From contig NZ_CP061280.1 in assembly GCF_014541205.1 (NCBI RefSeq), forward strand, positions 666,798 to 698,797: DNA of 32,000 bases. The letters are read 5' to 3'. The position numbers were made by a program, and so were the translations under genes. Below are positions 23,588-32,000 of this stretch, in pieces (positions within the stretch are counted from its first letter, which is position 1; each line of letters opens with the position of its first letter). Origin of the DNA: Mannheimia bovis. Lineage in GTDB: Bacteria > Pseudomonadota > Gammaproteobacteria > Enterobacterales > Pasteurellaceae. The notes beneath the pieces were generated by a model, which saw only the letters and a program-made list of their open reading frames with translations, did not search any database and was not told the origin of the DNA.

Positions 23588-23597
23588 TTTTGATCTG

Positions 23598-23628
23598 AAT
23601 GCCAAACAGATTTGTTTGGCATTTTTTG
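23598..23628 (+). terminator. ppa terminator
   Basis: The AATGCCAAACA / TGTTTGGCATT stem is followed by TTTTT. Confidence 0.8.
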
Positions 23629-23640
23629 TGGGAAATCAAT

Positions 23641-24396
23641 ATGAATTTTATTAAAAAATTAGGTCTTTCAGTTTTTTTAGCTACTGCAGTGGTTTCTTGT
23701 GCCACAACAGAAAGTATTAACCAAGAAGCAGCACAAAGTTATGCTCAAGTAAAATCACAAGCCCACCAGCAAAATGCGATTGATACTACATCTCCTACCG
23801 CAAAACGTGTTCACGCGGTTTTCCATAAGATGAAGCCTTATGCAGAAAAATCAAATGCAACAGGTACGCCTTTTCATTGGGAAATCACAGTTTTAAAATC
23901 GGATGAACTGAATGCGTGGGCAATGCCGGGCGGTAAAATGGCATTTTACACAGGCTTAGTGGAAAGACTTGATTTATCTAATGATGAAATTGCGGTAGTG
24001 ATGGGACACGAGATGGCTCACGCCTTAAAAGAGCACGGAAAATCGGATCGTACAGTAACAATGATTAGTGGCATTGTAGGTGCGATAGCAGATATTGCAG
24101 TAACTGCTTCAACAGGTATAAGCACAGAAGGTTTATTAAGCACAGGTGTTGACTTAATTGCCACCAAGCCATTCTCTCGTAGCCAAGAAAATGAAGCAGA
24201 TGAAGTCGGTTTAATGTTGATGGCAGAATCAGGTTATAACCCGTCAGCAGCACCAAACGTGTGGATTAAAATGAGTAAAGCAAACGGCGATTCAGGTTTA
24301 TCAATTTTCTCAACCCACCCATCAAATGCGGATCGCCAAGCAAATCTGGCTCGCCTTGTACCAGAAGCGATGAAAGTTTATAACGCACGCAAATAA
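23641..24396 (+). CDS. M48-family zinc metallopeptidase lipoprotein (LoiP/YcaL-like)
   Basis: Has a lipobox (LATAVVSC), a HEMAH zinc motif and a downstream ENEADEVG. The start is set at the ATG after the ppa terminator. Confidence 0.85.
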   Translation: MNFIKKLGLSVFLATAVVSCATTESINQEAAQSYAQVKSQAHQQNAIDTTSPTAKRVHAVFHKMKPYAEKSNATGTPFHWEITVLKSDELNAWAMPGGKMAFYTGLVERLDLSNDEIAVVMGHEMAHALKEHGKSDRTVTMISGIVGAIADIAVTASTGISTEGLLSTGVDLIATKPFSRSQENEADEVGLMLMAESGYNPSAAPNVWIKMSKANGDSGLSIFSTHPSNADRQANLARLVPEAMKVYNARK

Positions 24397-24510
24397 GATG
24401 ACCAGCGGGTTACAAAAGCATCGCTTTTTGAACGTTGGCAAAGCCTACGGCAGCGAAGCTGTGAACAATCCTAACAAGGATTGTGAATAATTTTCACTGA
24501 TTTTTTGCAA

Positions 24511-24542
24511 AAAAATGCTCTTGATAATTCAAGAGCATTTTT
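24511..24542. terminator. Bidirectional terminator between the M48 gene and trpS
   Basis: AAAAATGCTCTTGA / TCAAGAGCATTTTT form a perfect stem with flanking A and T runs. Confidence 0.8.
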
Positions 24543-24561
24543 ATTTGCAGTTTCAAATCAA

Positions 24562-25593
24562 TTAGTAACGTACAAAGCCGACTAATTCGTAAACCTTATC
24601 TAACGTTGATTTCGCTCTCGATCGTGCTTTATCAGCACCTTCACGGTAGATTTTTTCAAGCAAGGCTTCGTCTTGGCGGTAGTGGTGATAGCGTTCTTGT
24701 AAGTCGGTTAATAACTCAGAGACTTTATCCGCCACTTCGGTTTTGAGATGTCCGTACATTTTACCTTCAAATTCAGCTTCTAATTCAGCGATAGTTTTGC
24801 CGGTAATCGCAGAGAGAATATCCAATAAGTTAGACACGCCCGCTTTATTTTGCACGTCATAACGTACTACAGGTGGTTCATCGCCGTCAGTCATTGCACG
24901 CTTGATTTTCTTCGCGACTGCTTTCGGATCTTCTAACAAGCCGATTACGTTATTACGGTTATCATCTGATTTTGACATCTTTTTCGTCGGCTCAAGTAGT
25001 GACATCACTCTCGCCCCTGATTTCGCAATAAAGACTTCCGGCACGGCAAAAACCGGCTCAATCACATTGCCTTCAGCATCTTTCTTTCCATATAACGCAT
25101 TGAAACGGTTAGCAATATCACGGGTGATTTCTAAGTGCTGTTTTTGGTCATCGCCCACCGGTACTTGGTTCGCTTGGTATAGCAAAATATCCGCTGCCAT
25201 TAGCACCGGGTAAGTAAATAAGCCCACGTTTACGTTTTCTTCATAGCGGGCAGATTTATCTTTAAATTGTGTCATTCGGCTCATTTCGCCAAAATAGGTG
25301 TAGCAGTTTAAGATCCACGCCAGCTGTGCGTGTTCCGGCACGTGAGATTGAATGAAGATCGTGCTTTTGTTCGGATCGATACCACAAGCTAAATAAAGGG
25401 CTAACACATCAAGGATAGATTTGCGTAACGCTTCGGGATCTTGACGCACGGTAATAGCGTGTTGATCGACAATACAATACACACAGTCATAATCATCTTG
25501 CATTTTTACCCAGTTGCGTAACGCCCCTAAGTAGTTGCCAATCGTCAATTCACCAGAGGGCTGCACGCCACTAAATACAATAGGTTTGGTCAT
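24562..25593 (-). CDS. trpS: Tryptophan--tRNA ligase
   Basis: [19 protein letters not shown] (HIGH-class region) and KMSKS. The start is at MTKPIVF rather than the upstream ATG in the track. Confidence 0.95.
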   Translation of the reverse strand: MTKPIVFSGVQPSGELTIGNYLGALRNWVKMQDDYDCVYCIVDQHAITVRQDPEALRKSILDVLALYLACGIDPNKSTIFIQSHVPEHAQLAWILNCYTYFGEMSRMTQFKDKSARYEENVNVGLFTYPVLMAADILLYQANQVPVGDDQKQHLEITRDIANRFNALYGKKDAEGNVIEPVFAVPEVFIAKSGARVMSLLEPTKKMSKSDDNRNNVIGLLEDPKAVAKKIKRAMTDGDEPPVVRYDVQNKAGVSNLLDILSAITGKTIAELEAEFEGKMYGHLKTEVADKVSELLTDLQERYHHYRQDEALLEKIYREGADKARSRAKSTLDKVYELVGFVRY

Positions 25594-25647
25594 TTTATTT
25601 TCTCGTTTTAATTGCAAAAAATTGTGGAAATTATACCGCTTGTCGCC

Positions 25648-26313
25648 CTATTCGCCTACAATTTTCAACACGTCTTTAAATTCGCTAGTCACAAAAGTCG
25701 GGTTGGATTGTTCAATCGGGATATTGTAGTTGTAGCCATAGGTTAATCCCACAACATCACAGCCGGCGGCTTTTGAGGCGATAATATCGTTTTCCGAATC
25801 GCCCACGAATAAGAGTTCTTGTGGGGTAATGCCAAATTTTTCACAGATAAAGAACATTGGATCCGGGTGCGGTTTGATTTTAGGGAGGGATTGCCCGCCT
25901 AAGGTTTCATCAAACAGATGATAAATACCGAATGCAGACAGCACCGGCTCAACTAATTTGGTTGGCTTGTTGGTAATCACCACCAGCGGATAGCCTTTGG
26001 CTTTTAAGGTTTCCAATGTTTCTTTCACATTCGGATAAAGCTCGCTCTCTTCGCAAACATAGGTGGCGTAGTATTTGTCAAAGCTGGCTCGCATTTTCAC
26101 CAACTGCTCGGCATCAAAGATTTTGCCAGTGTGGTTAATGGCGTTTTGGAAGAAAATATCCGCCCCTTTGCCGACCCAAGTTAGCACTTTTTGTTGCGTG
26201 ACAGTGGGCAAGCCAGCCTCTAAAAACATAGCATTGGCAACTAAGGTGAGATCGGGTAGGGTGTTAATTAAAGTTCCGTCTAAATCGAAACCGATGACTT
26301 TATATTTTTTCAT
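25648..26313 (-). CDS. gph: Phosphoglycolate phosphatase (HAD superfamily)
   Basis: FDLDGTL, VITNKP and GDSENDI motifs. The gph-trpS linkage is as in E. coli. Confidence 0.88.
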   Translation of the reverse strand: MKKYKVIGFDLDGTLINTLPDLTLVANAMFLEAGLPTVTQQKVLTWVGKGADIFFQNAINHTGKIFDAEQLVKMRASFDKYYATYVCEESELYPNVKETLETLKAKGYPLVVITNKPTKLVEPVLSAFGIYHLFDETLGGQSLPKIKPHPDPMFFICEKFGITPQELLFVGDSENDIIASKAAGCDVVGLTYGYNYNIPIEQSNPTFVTSEFKDVLKIVGE

Positions 26314-26331
26314 TGTATCTCCTTAAAAAAC

Positions 26332-26378
26332 ACAAGCGGTCGTTTTATGCAAATTTTTTGCCATTTTCGACCGCTTGT
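26332..26378 (-). terminator. USS-pair hairpin after lgt
   Basis: ACAAGCGGTCG ... CGACCGCTTGT form an inverted pair around an A/T-rich loop, between lgt and gph. Confidence 0.6.
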
Positions 26379-26380
26379 TA

Positions 26381-27178
26381 TTATTTCACTTTGTTTATTT
26401 TATACGCCCACGCCATAATCAAGATTCCGCCGATAATCATCGGTAAAGAGAGCAATTGCCCACGCGTGATTAAATCAGCAGTAGTATTTACGTTAGGGTC
26501 GATTTCTCGAAAATATTCCACAATAAAGCGGAACGTGCCGTAGCCAATTAAAAATAAGCCTGCAACAGAGCCTGTCGGACGAGGTTTTTTGATGAACCAG
26601 TTGAGGATAAAGAGTAGCACCACACCTTCTAAAAAGGCTTCGTAGAGCTGTGATGGGTGGCGGGGTAGATAGCCACCGCTTGGGAATAATACCGCCCAAG
26701 GTACATCGGTTACACGTCCCCAAAGTTCATCATTAATGAAATTGCCGATACGCCCCATTCCTAGTCCGAATGGTACGAGCGGTGCGATAAAATCAGCCGT
26801 TTGCCAGAAACTGCGTTTTTGGCGGTGGGATACCCAAATCATTGCAACAATCACTCCAATTAAGCCACCGTGGAACGACATTCCCCCTTCCCAAATGCGG
26901 AAAAGGTAGAGTGGATCTTGTAAAAAACGGTCGAAATTGTAGAAGAACACATCGCCAATGCGTCCGCCTAAAACAACACCCCAGAAACCGGTGTAGATTA
27001 AGTTATCAACTTGTTCGGTTGTCCACACGCCGTTAGAATTTTTGGCTCTTTTCATTCCTAGCCAGTAAGCAAAGGCGAATCCTGCTAAATACATTAAGCC
27101 ATACCAACGTAGGGCAATCGGACCAATTTCAAAGACGATAGGGCTGATTTGTGGAAATTGAATAAATTGTTCGTTCAT
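26381..27178 (-). CDS. lgt: Phosphatidylglycerol--prolipoprotein diacylglyceryl transferase
   Basis: [25 protein letters not shown] and [13 protein letters not shown] motifs. Confidence 0.95.
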   Translation of the reverse strand: MNEQFIQFPQISPIVFEIGPIALRWYGLMYLAGFAFAYWLGMKRAKNSNGVWTTEQVDNLIYTGFWGVVLGGRIGDVFFYNFDRFLQDPLYLFRIWEGGMSFHGGLIGVIVAMIWVSHRQKRSFWQTADFIAPLVPFGLGMGRIGNFINDELWGRVTDVPWAVLFPSGGYLPRHPSQLYEAFLEGVVLLFILNWFIKKPRPTGSVAGLFLIGYGTFRFIVEYFREIDPNVNTTADLITRGQLLSLPMIIGGILIMAWAYKINKVK

Positions 27179-27185
27179 AGCTTCC

Positions 27186-27974
27186 TTATTTTAAAAACAT
27201 ATTGATGGCAATTGCTACAAGCAACATTGCAAAGGCTTTTTTTAGCATCGGAACAGGTAATGCGTTCGCGGCACTTGCTCCCATTTTTGAGGTAAAAAAC
27301 GAAGTGGCGGTAATACCGAGTAGGGCTGGCAGATAGACATAACCCAGAGAATAATCCGGCATTCCTTCTAAGCCCCAACCGCTCACAATAAAGCTGATTG
27401 TGCCGGATAAACCTAAAAATGCCCCACAAAATGAAGATGTCCCAATGGCTCGTTTAATATCTAAACCACGATCGTTTAAAAACGGTACAATAAATGCTCC
27501 GCCTGCGATTCCTGCCATACTAGACAGTGTTCCAATCACACTTCCCCCTACTAATGTGGTTTGTAAGGTAAGCGGTTTATTTTTCGGTGCTCTTTTTAAG
27601 GTGAAAAGCATTTTTCCTGCAAGATATAACACCATTACCGCAAAGATTTTAGACATAATTTGCGGATCGAGCTTACTTACCACCAAGCCGGATAGAAATA
27701 CCGAGATCATTAATGCCGGAATAAAAGATTTACTGGTTTGTATATCAACATTTCCCAACTTATGATGGCGTTGAGCAGACGAAAATGCAGTAATAATAAT
27801 GGTTGAGAACGACGTACCTAACGCGGTAGACATTATATATTCAGGCGGCACGCCTGCCATTGGTAGTAAAAAAACCAAGCTCGGGACGATGATTAAACCG
27901 CCCCCAATACCGAATAATCCTGCTAAAAAGCCAACAAATACCCCTAAAAATAGACAGCTTAACAAAATAGTCAT
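27186..27974 (-). CDS. TSUP (TauE/SafE) family anion permease
   Basis: 262 aa polytopic protein. It has repeated G-rich TM motifs ([13 protein letters not shown] and [12 protein letters not shown]) typical of TSUP. Confidence 0.8.
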   Translation of the reverse strand: MTILLSCLFLGVFVGFLAGLFGIGGGLIIVPSLVFLLPMAGVPPEYIMSTALGTSFSTIIITAFSSAQRHHKLGNVDIQTSKSFIPALMISVFLSGLVVSKLDPQIMSKIFAVMVLYLAGKMLFTLKRAPKNKPLTLQTTLVGGSVIGTLSSMAGIAGGAFIVPFLNDRGLDIKRAIGTSSFCGAFLGLSGTISFIVSGWGLEGMPDYSLGYVYLPALLGITATSFFTSKMGASAANALPVPMLKKAFAMLLVAIAINMFLK

Positions 27975-27976
27975 TA

Positions 27977-28621
27977 TTATTTTCCTTTTTGGTTATGTTG
28001 ATGCCAACTCCGATACGGCTTGCGATTTTCCTGTTTATAAGGTTTGGCGGAGTCCTGAAAGGATTTTCTAGTCGCGTGAGAAAATTTTTCATCACGCTCG
28101 GTACGAGATTTTTCAAGCGGTCTATCTTCAGCATTTTTTTGCATATTATTTTGCAGAACCTGTGCAAATTCTTTCATTGCTTTACGATAAACATCTCGTT
28201 TAAAAGAAACGACCTGACGAACAGGATACCAAAAGCTTACCCATCGCCAGCCGTCAAATTCCGGATTTTTCGTCGTTTTTAGATTAATTAGACTTTCATC
28301 ACTAATAAGTTGCAATAAAAACCAGCGCTGTTTCTGCCCAATACACACAGGACCGGAACCTTCATTGCGTACCAAGCGTTTTGGCAGCTTATATTTCAGC
28401 CAATATTTAGACGCCCAAAGTAATCGCACATCTTTCTTCGTTAAGCCGACTTCTTCATAAAGCTCACGGTACATTGCTGTTTCAATGTTTTCCCCCTCGT
28501 TAATGCCGCCTTGCGGAAATTGCCAAGAGTTTTGACCAAACCGTTTTGCCCACAGAACTTGTCCGTGCTTGTTACAGATAACGATTCCAACATTTGGGCG
28601 GTAGCCATCGAAATCGATCAC
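27977..28621 (-). CDS. rppH: RNA pyrophosphohydrolase (Nudix)
   Basis: GTG start with an [26 protein letters not shown]...[23 protein letters not shown] is the Nudix box. The protein is collinear with E. coli RppH and adds a basic C-terminal tail. Confidence 0.93.
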   Translation of the reverse strand: MIDFDGYRPNVGIVICNKHGQVLWAKRFGQNSWQFPQGGINEGENIETAMYRELYEEVGLTKKDVRLLWASKYWLKYKLPKRLVRNEGSGPVCIGQKQRWFLLQLISDESLINLKTTKNPEFDGWRWVSFWYPVRQVVSFKRDVYRKAMKEFAQVLQNNMQKNAEDRPLEKSRTERDEKFSHATRKSFQDSAKPYKQENRKPYRSWHQHNQKGK

Positions 28622-28707
28622 TCGACCACCTAATGAATAAATTTAGAATACGGGAATTGTTTCATACTTTGAGTTGATTTGCAAAAAATCCATTAAATCC
28701 GACCGCT

Positions 28708-29065
28708 TGTGAATAACTTTGTGGATAACTATTGAATTTCAAGGGTATAAGCTGAGGATAACTACGCTGAACGTTGTAAAATAGAGTAGTTAATCAGATC
28801 TGAAAATACGATCTTTTTCTTAAGCAATGATCTGGATAAAGATCAAGTTGTTGATTTTTTTCTCATCAAAATAAGGTTAAATTTTAAAATGAGTAAACCG
28901 AGAAATTTTTACTTGCTAAAGCGTATTGAGTTATCCCCACCATTTGTGGATAAAGATGTGATAGTTTTTCAAAATAGGCGTGAATAACTTAAAAAAACTA
29001 TTCGATATTTTGAAAATATAAAATAAAATCAAATAGTTATATTTATTTCATAGAGCTGTGAATAG
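28708..29065. other. DnaA-box cluster with a GATC cluster and an IHF consensus (DARS2-like element, or replication origin)
   Basis: DnaA boxes read on the + strand: TGTGAATAA 28708, TGTGGATAA 28720, TGAGGATAA 28753, TCTGGATAA 28831, TTATCCCCA 28931, TGTGGATAA 28945, CGTGAATAA 28979, TGTGAATAG 29057. GATC occurs at 28797, 28810, 28829 and 28841. AATCAAATAGTTA at 29027-29039 fits WATCAANNNNTTR. Confidence 0.6.
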
Positions 29066-29121
29066 GCAGGGATTTTATTGGTTGTTTTTTGTTCTATATG
29101 ATGAATTAGACAAAATAGCTT

Positions 29122-29142
29122 AAAAAGGGGCAAAGCCCCTTT
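29122..29142 (-). terminator. Terminator of the TonB-dependent receptor gene
   Basis: On the minus strand, the AAAGGGGC TTT GCCCCTTT stem-loop is followed by a T-run. Confidence 0.8.
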
Positions 29143-29147
29143 AATTG

Positions 29148-31307
29148 TTAAAATTTAAATTCTACTGAAGCCATCGCATAACGTTCAGGGGCGAGATAAC
29201 GATTTAACCCCTCACCTGTTATGCTATTTGCAACTCCTGGGCTCGTAACACCAATAGTTCTTAGGTTATCCCAAGTCCAATATTTTTTATTAAAGAGGTT
29301 ATAAACGCCTACTTTAACAATTGCTCTTTCCCCAAATTTTTTGTGTGCAACCAAATCAAATACGGTTGCAGAATTACTTAAGTATGGGTAAGTAGTCAGC
29401 GAGCTATCGTAGCTTAAATAACCAGTATTGGCTAAAATCGCATATTGTTGTGCATCTTTAGCCTTTTTACCTTGTGTATATGTGCCGTTTAGGTGAACTG
29501 CCCAGTCATTGTTTGAAGCTCGATAACCTATACCAAATAAGGCTTTTAGGGGTTGAACAGTCAGTAAATCAGAGCCATCATCACGTTTCCCTTTAGCATA
29601 GCCAATTCCGCCATTCAGCTCAAAGCCTTGTGGGATCGCATTCCACGCAGCATTTAAGTCTAAAGTTCCGTTAATATCAACACCTTTGATTTTGGCTCGG
29701 TGGACATTTTGCGATTGGTAAATATTTCTCCCAACAGTTGCAAGATCAATCAGATTTCTATAATGGGTGTGGTAAGCCGTTACGCTCAAATTGCCTAATG
29801 AACCATTACCTACCAGTGAAATTTGATTACCTAAGCTGGTTTCTGGTTTCAAGTTGGTATTTGCTAGGAAAATTTGGCTCATACCACGCCCTTGAACCTC
29901 ACGGTTAAAGAACATTTCACTTGCAGTCGGTGTTCTAAAGCCACGACTGATCTTATAGCCAACCTGCCATACAGGGGAGAGTTGATAATTTAAACCAATA
30001 TCGCCAGCCCAATTATTAAACTGTTTATTTGAAACTCTATTATCATCAGAACTTAAAGCTGTTCTTTCATATCTTGCATTAATATGGCTTGATAATCGCT
30101 GATTTAACAGGATTGAATCTCCCAATAAAATATGGAAGTTTTTTGTTTTTGCTGGCGACTGCATATTTTGATCGGTTGGCGTAATACCTGCTGTATAGGT
30201 TTTCATATCAAAACGGAAATCAGATACTCCATAGCCTAATTCAGTTGAAAATCTATGTTCTGTACTCCCTAGATGGGCTGGCTTGAAGGTGCTTGCTAAC
30301 CTGCCTTCAACCGTGTTGGTATGAAAGGCACGCTTGGTATTATCTGTTTTTACGCCTCTTGTTGTATTAATTTGATCATTTCTACCCGAAATTTCGGTGT
30401 CTTGTTTAGTTACAGAGAACTTAATATTCTCAAAAATAGTTGCTTTTGGCGTATATAAATAGGTAACACCATAGGTGTCTATTTCTTGCACATCAGTGAA
30501 ATCACGCAATGTTGTTTCTGAGTAGGAAAGTTCCTGACCGACCATTTTACGGCGTTGTTTTAAGGCTTTCAGTTCAAGGCGATTTTCATCATTCCATTTT
30601 AGACCCATTTTGGCTAAGTAACTGTATTGGTTATTTTTGTAAGGATTTGGTAATCCACGCCCGGTTCCCATAATATTAGGCCCATTTGAGGTGGTTTGCA
30701 CTTCATTACCCTGACGGTGGCTATAGACAAAAAGTGCATCTGCATATTGTCCGTCTGCAGCTATAGATGCCGTTTTAATATGCTCTTTATTTTGACCGTT
30801 ATAGCCATACTTTAGCATTCCGCCAGCTTTACGATCTTTCATTAAAATATCATCAACTGTTTTAGTGGTGTAATTGACCGCTCCTCCTAATGCACCGTTA
30901 ACTGCTGATGTGCTTGAGCCTTTTTCAATAGACACATTACCCATTAATTCAGTATCAATTTCAGGGCGAGATTTGTTGTAATAACTATAGCGACTAAATG
31001 TAGCATAGTTATTTGATGCTGCTGATGAGATACCATCAACGGTGATAGTAACTTGATTATTCTCAACACCACGAATATTAAATCCTTGCGAACCAAAGCG
31101 ACCTGTTTGAGGTACACCCATATCGGTACTATAACGTACTAAGTCTTGATTGCTATTTATAATTTGCTGTTTGAGCAGATTTTTGTGTTGTTCATTAACT
31201 TCAATTGTCTCTAGTTCAACAGAGTTTACGGCTGTTTCTTGGGCAAGTGAAAGTTGGGAAATAGCAGTAGTAATAACTATCGCTAATGTGGTTCGCTTGA
31301 TATGCAT
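29148..31307 (-). CDS. TonB-dependent outer-membrane receptor, probably heme/hemoprotein type
   Basis: 719 aa with a signal peptide, a TonB box (ELETIEV), a plug region (FNIRGVE...VDG) and a C-terminal ...VEFKF. The neighbouring gene is a heme-type substrate-binding protein. Confidence 0.85.
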   Translation of the reverse strand: MHIKRTTLAIVITTAISQLSLAQETAVNSVELETIEVNEQHKNLLKQQIINSNQDLVRYSTDMGVPQTGRFGSQGFNIRGVENNQVTITVDGISSAASNNYATFSRYSYYNKSRPEIDTELMGNVSIEKGSSTSAVNGALGGAVNYTTKTVDDILMKDRKAGGMLKYGYNGQNKEHIKTASIAADGQYADALFVYSHRQGNEVQTTSNGPNIMGTGRGLPNPYKNNQYSYLAKMGLKWNDENRLELKALKQRRKMVGQELSYSETTLRDFTDVQEIDTYGVTYLYTPKATIFENIKFSVTKQDTEISGRNDQINTTRGVKTDNTKRAFHTNTVEGRLASTFKPAHLGSTEHRFSTELGYGVSDFRFDMKTYTAGITPTDQNMQSPAKTKNFHILLGDSILLNQRLSSHINARYERTALSSDDNRVSNKQFNNWAGDIGLNYQLSPVWQVGYKISRGFRTPTASEMFFNREVQGRGMSQIFLANTNLKPETSLGNQISLVGNGSLGNLSVTAYHTHYRNLIDLATVGRNIYQSQNVHRAKIKGVDINGTLDLNAAWNAIPQGFELNGGIGYAKGKRDDGSDLLTVQPLKALFGIGYRASNNDWAVHLNGTYTQGKKAKDAQQYAILANTGYLSYDSSLTTYPYLSNSATVFDLVAHKKFGERAIVKVGVYNLFNKKYWTWDNLRTIGVTSPGVANSITGEGLNRYLAPERYAMASVEFKF

Positions 31308-31383
31308 ATTTGATAGCTCCTTAAGTGATTTTAAATGTTATAAAAGTGTTAATATCATATCATTTTTGTTGAAAAACAAAACA

Positions 31384-31402
31384 AGAATTATTATCATTTA
31401 AT
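31384..31402. promoter_or_regulatory. Weak Fur-box candidate in the divergent promoter region
   Basis: AGAATTATTATCATTTAAT matches about 12 of 19 positions of GATAATGATAATCATTATC by hand alignment. Confidence 0.3.
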
Positions 31403-31431
31403 AAAAAATAAAAATCAATGGAGTTATGAAA

Positions 31432-32000
31432 ATGAAATCTTTTCTTTTGTCATTAATTACAATGACTTTGGCTTTGAGCAATGCACAAGCGGCTGAAAAA
31501 ATTGTTTCTACGGCAGGTTATGCTTCTGAAATTGTAGCGGAATTAGGTAGAGGGGATAATTTAGTGGGTGTTGATACCACCTCGATTAAACCCGAAGCAG
31601 AGATGGAGAAAAAGCCTAAAATCGGTTATCGTCGCCAGCTTTCTGCTGAAGGTATTCTTTCATTAAAACCTGATTTAATTATTCTTGCACCTGATGCGGG
31701 CCCTCAAGCCGTGATTGATCAAATAAAAGCGAGTGGTATTGCATTGCTTTACTTAGAAAATAAACAAAGTTTAGAAGGCATTCGTGATGATATTGCTCAA
31801 ATCGCTAAAACGATTGGAGCAGAGACAGAGGCAAAATTATTAACAGAAAAAATTTTGGCAGATGAGCAAAAATTGATTGCTCTGCGTAACCAACATTCAG
31901 CAGATATAAATGCGTTAGTATTAATCGATACCCCAACACAAGGTGTATTTGGTTTAGGAAAGGATAGTGCTGGCGAACATTTTTTGAGCTTATTAAAACT
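31432..32000 (+). CDS. Heme/hemin ABC transporter periplasmic substrate-binding protein (HmuT/ChuT-like), 3' end off the window
   Basis: Not in the ORF track because no stop is reached. I translated it by hand: MKSFLLSLITMTLALSNAQAAEKIVSTAGYASEIVAELGRGDNLVGVDTTS...IGYRRQLSAEGILSLKPDLIILAPDAG. The alternative ATG at 31426 lies only 3 nt from the GGAG. Confidence 0.75.
   Translation, partial: MKSFLLSLITMTLALSNAQAAEKIVSTAGYASEIVAELGRGDNLVGVDTTSIKPEAEMEKKPKIGYRRQLSAEGILSLKPDLIILAPDAGPQAVIDQIKASGIALLYLENKQSLEGIRDDIAQIAKTIGAETEAKLLTEKILADEQKLIALRNQHSADINALVLIDTPTQGVFGLGKDSAGEHFLSLLK

Noticed and set aside
28889-28987. A 32-codon ORF (MSKPRNFYLLKRIELSPPFVDKDVIVFQNRRE) inside the non-coding region
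   Set aside because: It has no convincing RBS at proper spacing and is composed largely of the DnaA boxes themselves. Its A/T-rich context makes it indistinguishable from chance.
28700-29070. Calling the DnaA-box/GATC region the chromosomal oriC outright
   Set aside because: The rrn operon 13 kb to the left points toward this site and would be head-on to the fork. Only one of the three GATCT repeats resembles the 13-mer consensus. None of the usual neighbours (mnmG/gidA, mioC) is present. It is kept as the alternative hypothesis in the findings, pending genome-wide GC skew.
29148-31307. Phase-variable simple-sequence repeats in the TonB-dependent receptor gene or its promoter
   Set aside because: I looked for homopolymeric G/C tracts and CCAA-type repeats near the 5' end and found none.

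Overview
This window looks like core chromosome from a Pasteurellaceae species. The 16S/23S sequences fit that family, GC content is low, and I counted 13 exact copies of the Actinobacillus-type uptake signal sequence ACAAGCGGT. Genus cannot be assigned by eye. Almost everything is housekeeping. From left to right the genes are comF (5' partial), doxX, dcuB, a PhzF-family gene plus argF, glnA, and the last three ECA genes wecF-wzyE-wecG. Next comes one long RNA operon: tRNA-Arg/His/Pro, boxA, 16S, tRNA-Glu, 23S, two 5S genes, tRNA-Asp and tRNA-Trp. A roughly 1.09 kb insertion sequence follows. After it is a minus-strand block of GT2, lpxH, a DUF1523-like gene, ycfH, holB, tmk, mltG and three tRNA-Lys genes. 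Then come ppa, an M48 lipoprotein peptidase, trpS, gph, lgt, a TSUP permease and rppH. A 526 bp non-coding region follows, then a TonB-dependent receptor divergent from a 3'-partial heme-type substrate-binding protein. I found no defence island, toxin-antitoxin pair, CRISPR array, prophage or other multi-gene accessory system. The points most worth follow-up are non-coding or structural. (1) A dense DnaA-box cluster with a GATC cluster and an IHF consensus lies upstream of rppH, best read as a DARS2-like element, with oriC as the alternative. (2) The rrn operon appears to have no promoter of its own and to be fused behind an argX-hisR-proM-like tRNA operon. (3) Two tandem 5S genes differ almost only by compensatory substitutions. 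(4) The IS copy has its transposase out of frame at an A6 tract and carries a duplicated left end. (5) ARG boxes link a PhzF-family gene to argF. All calls come from reading the sequence and from remembered family motifs; no searches were run.
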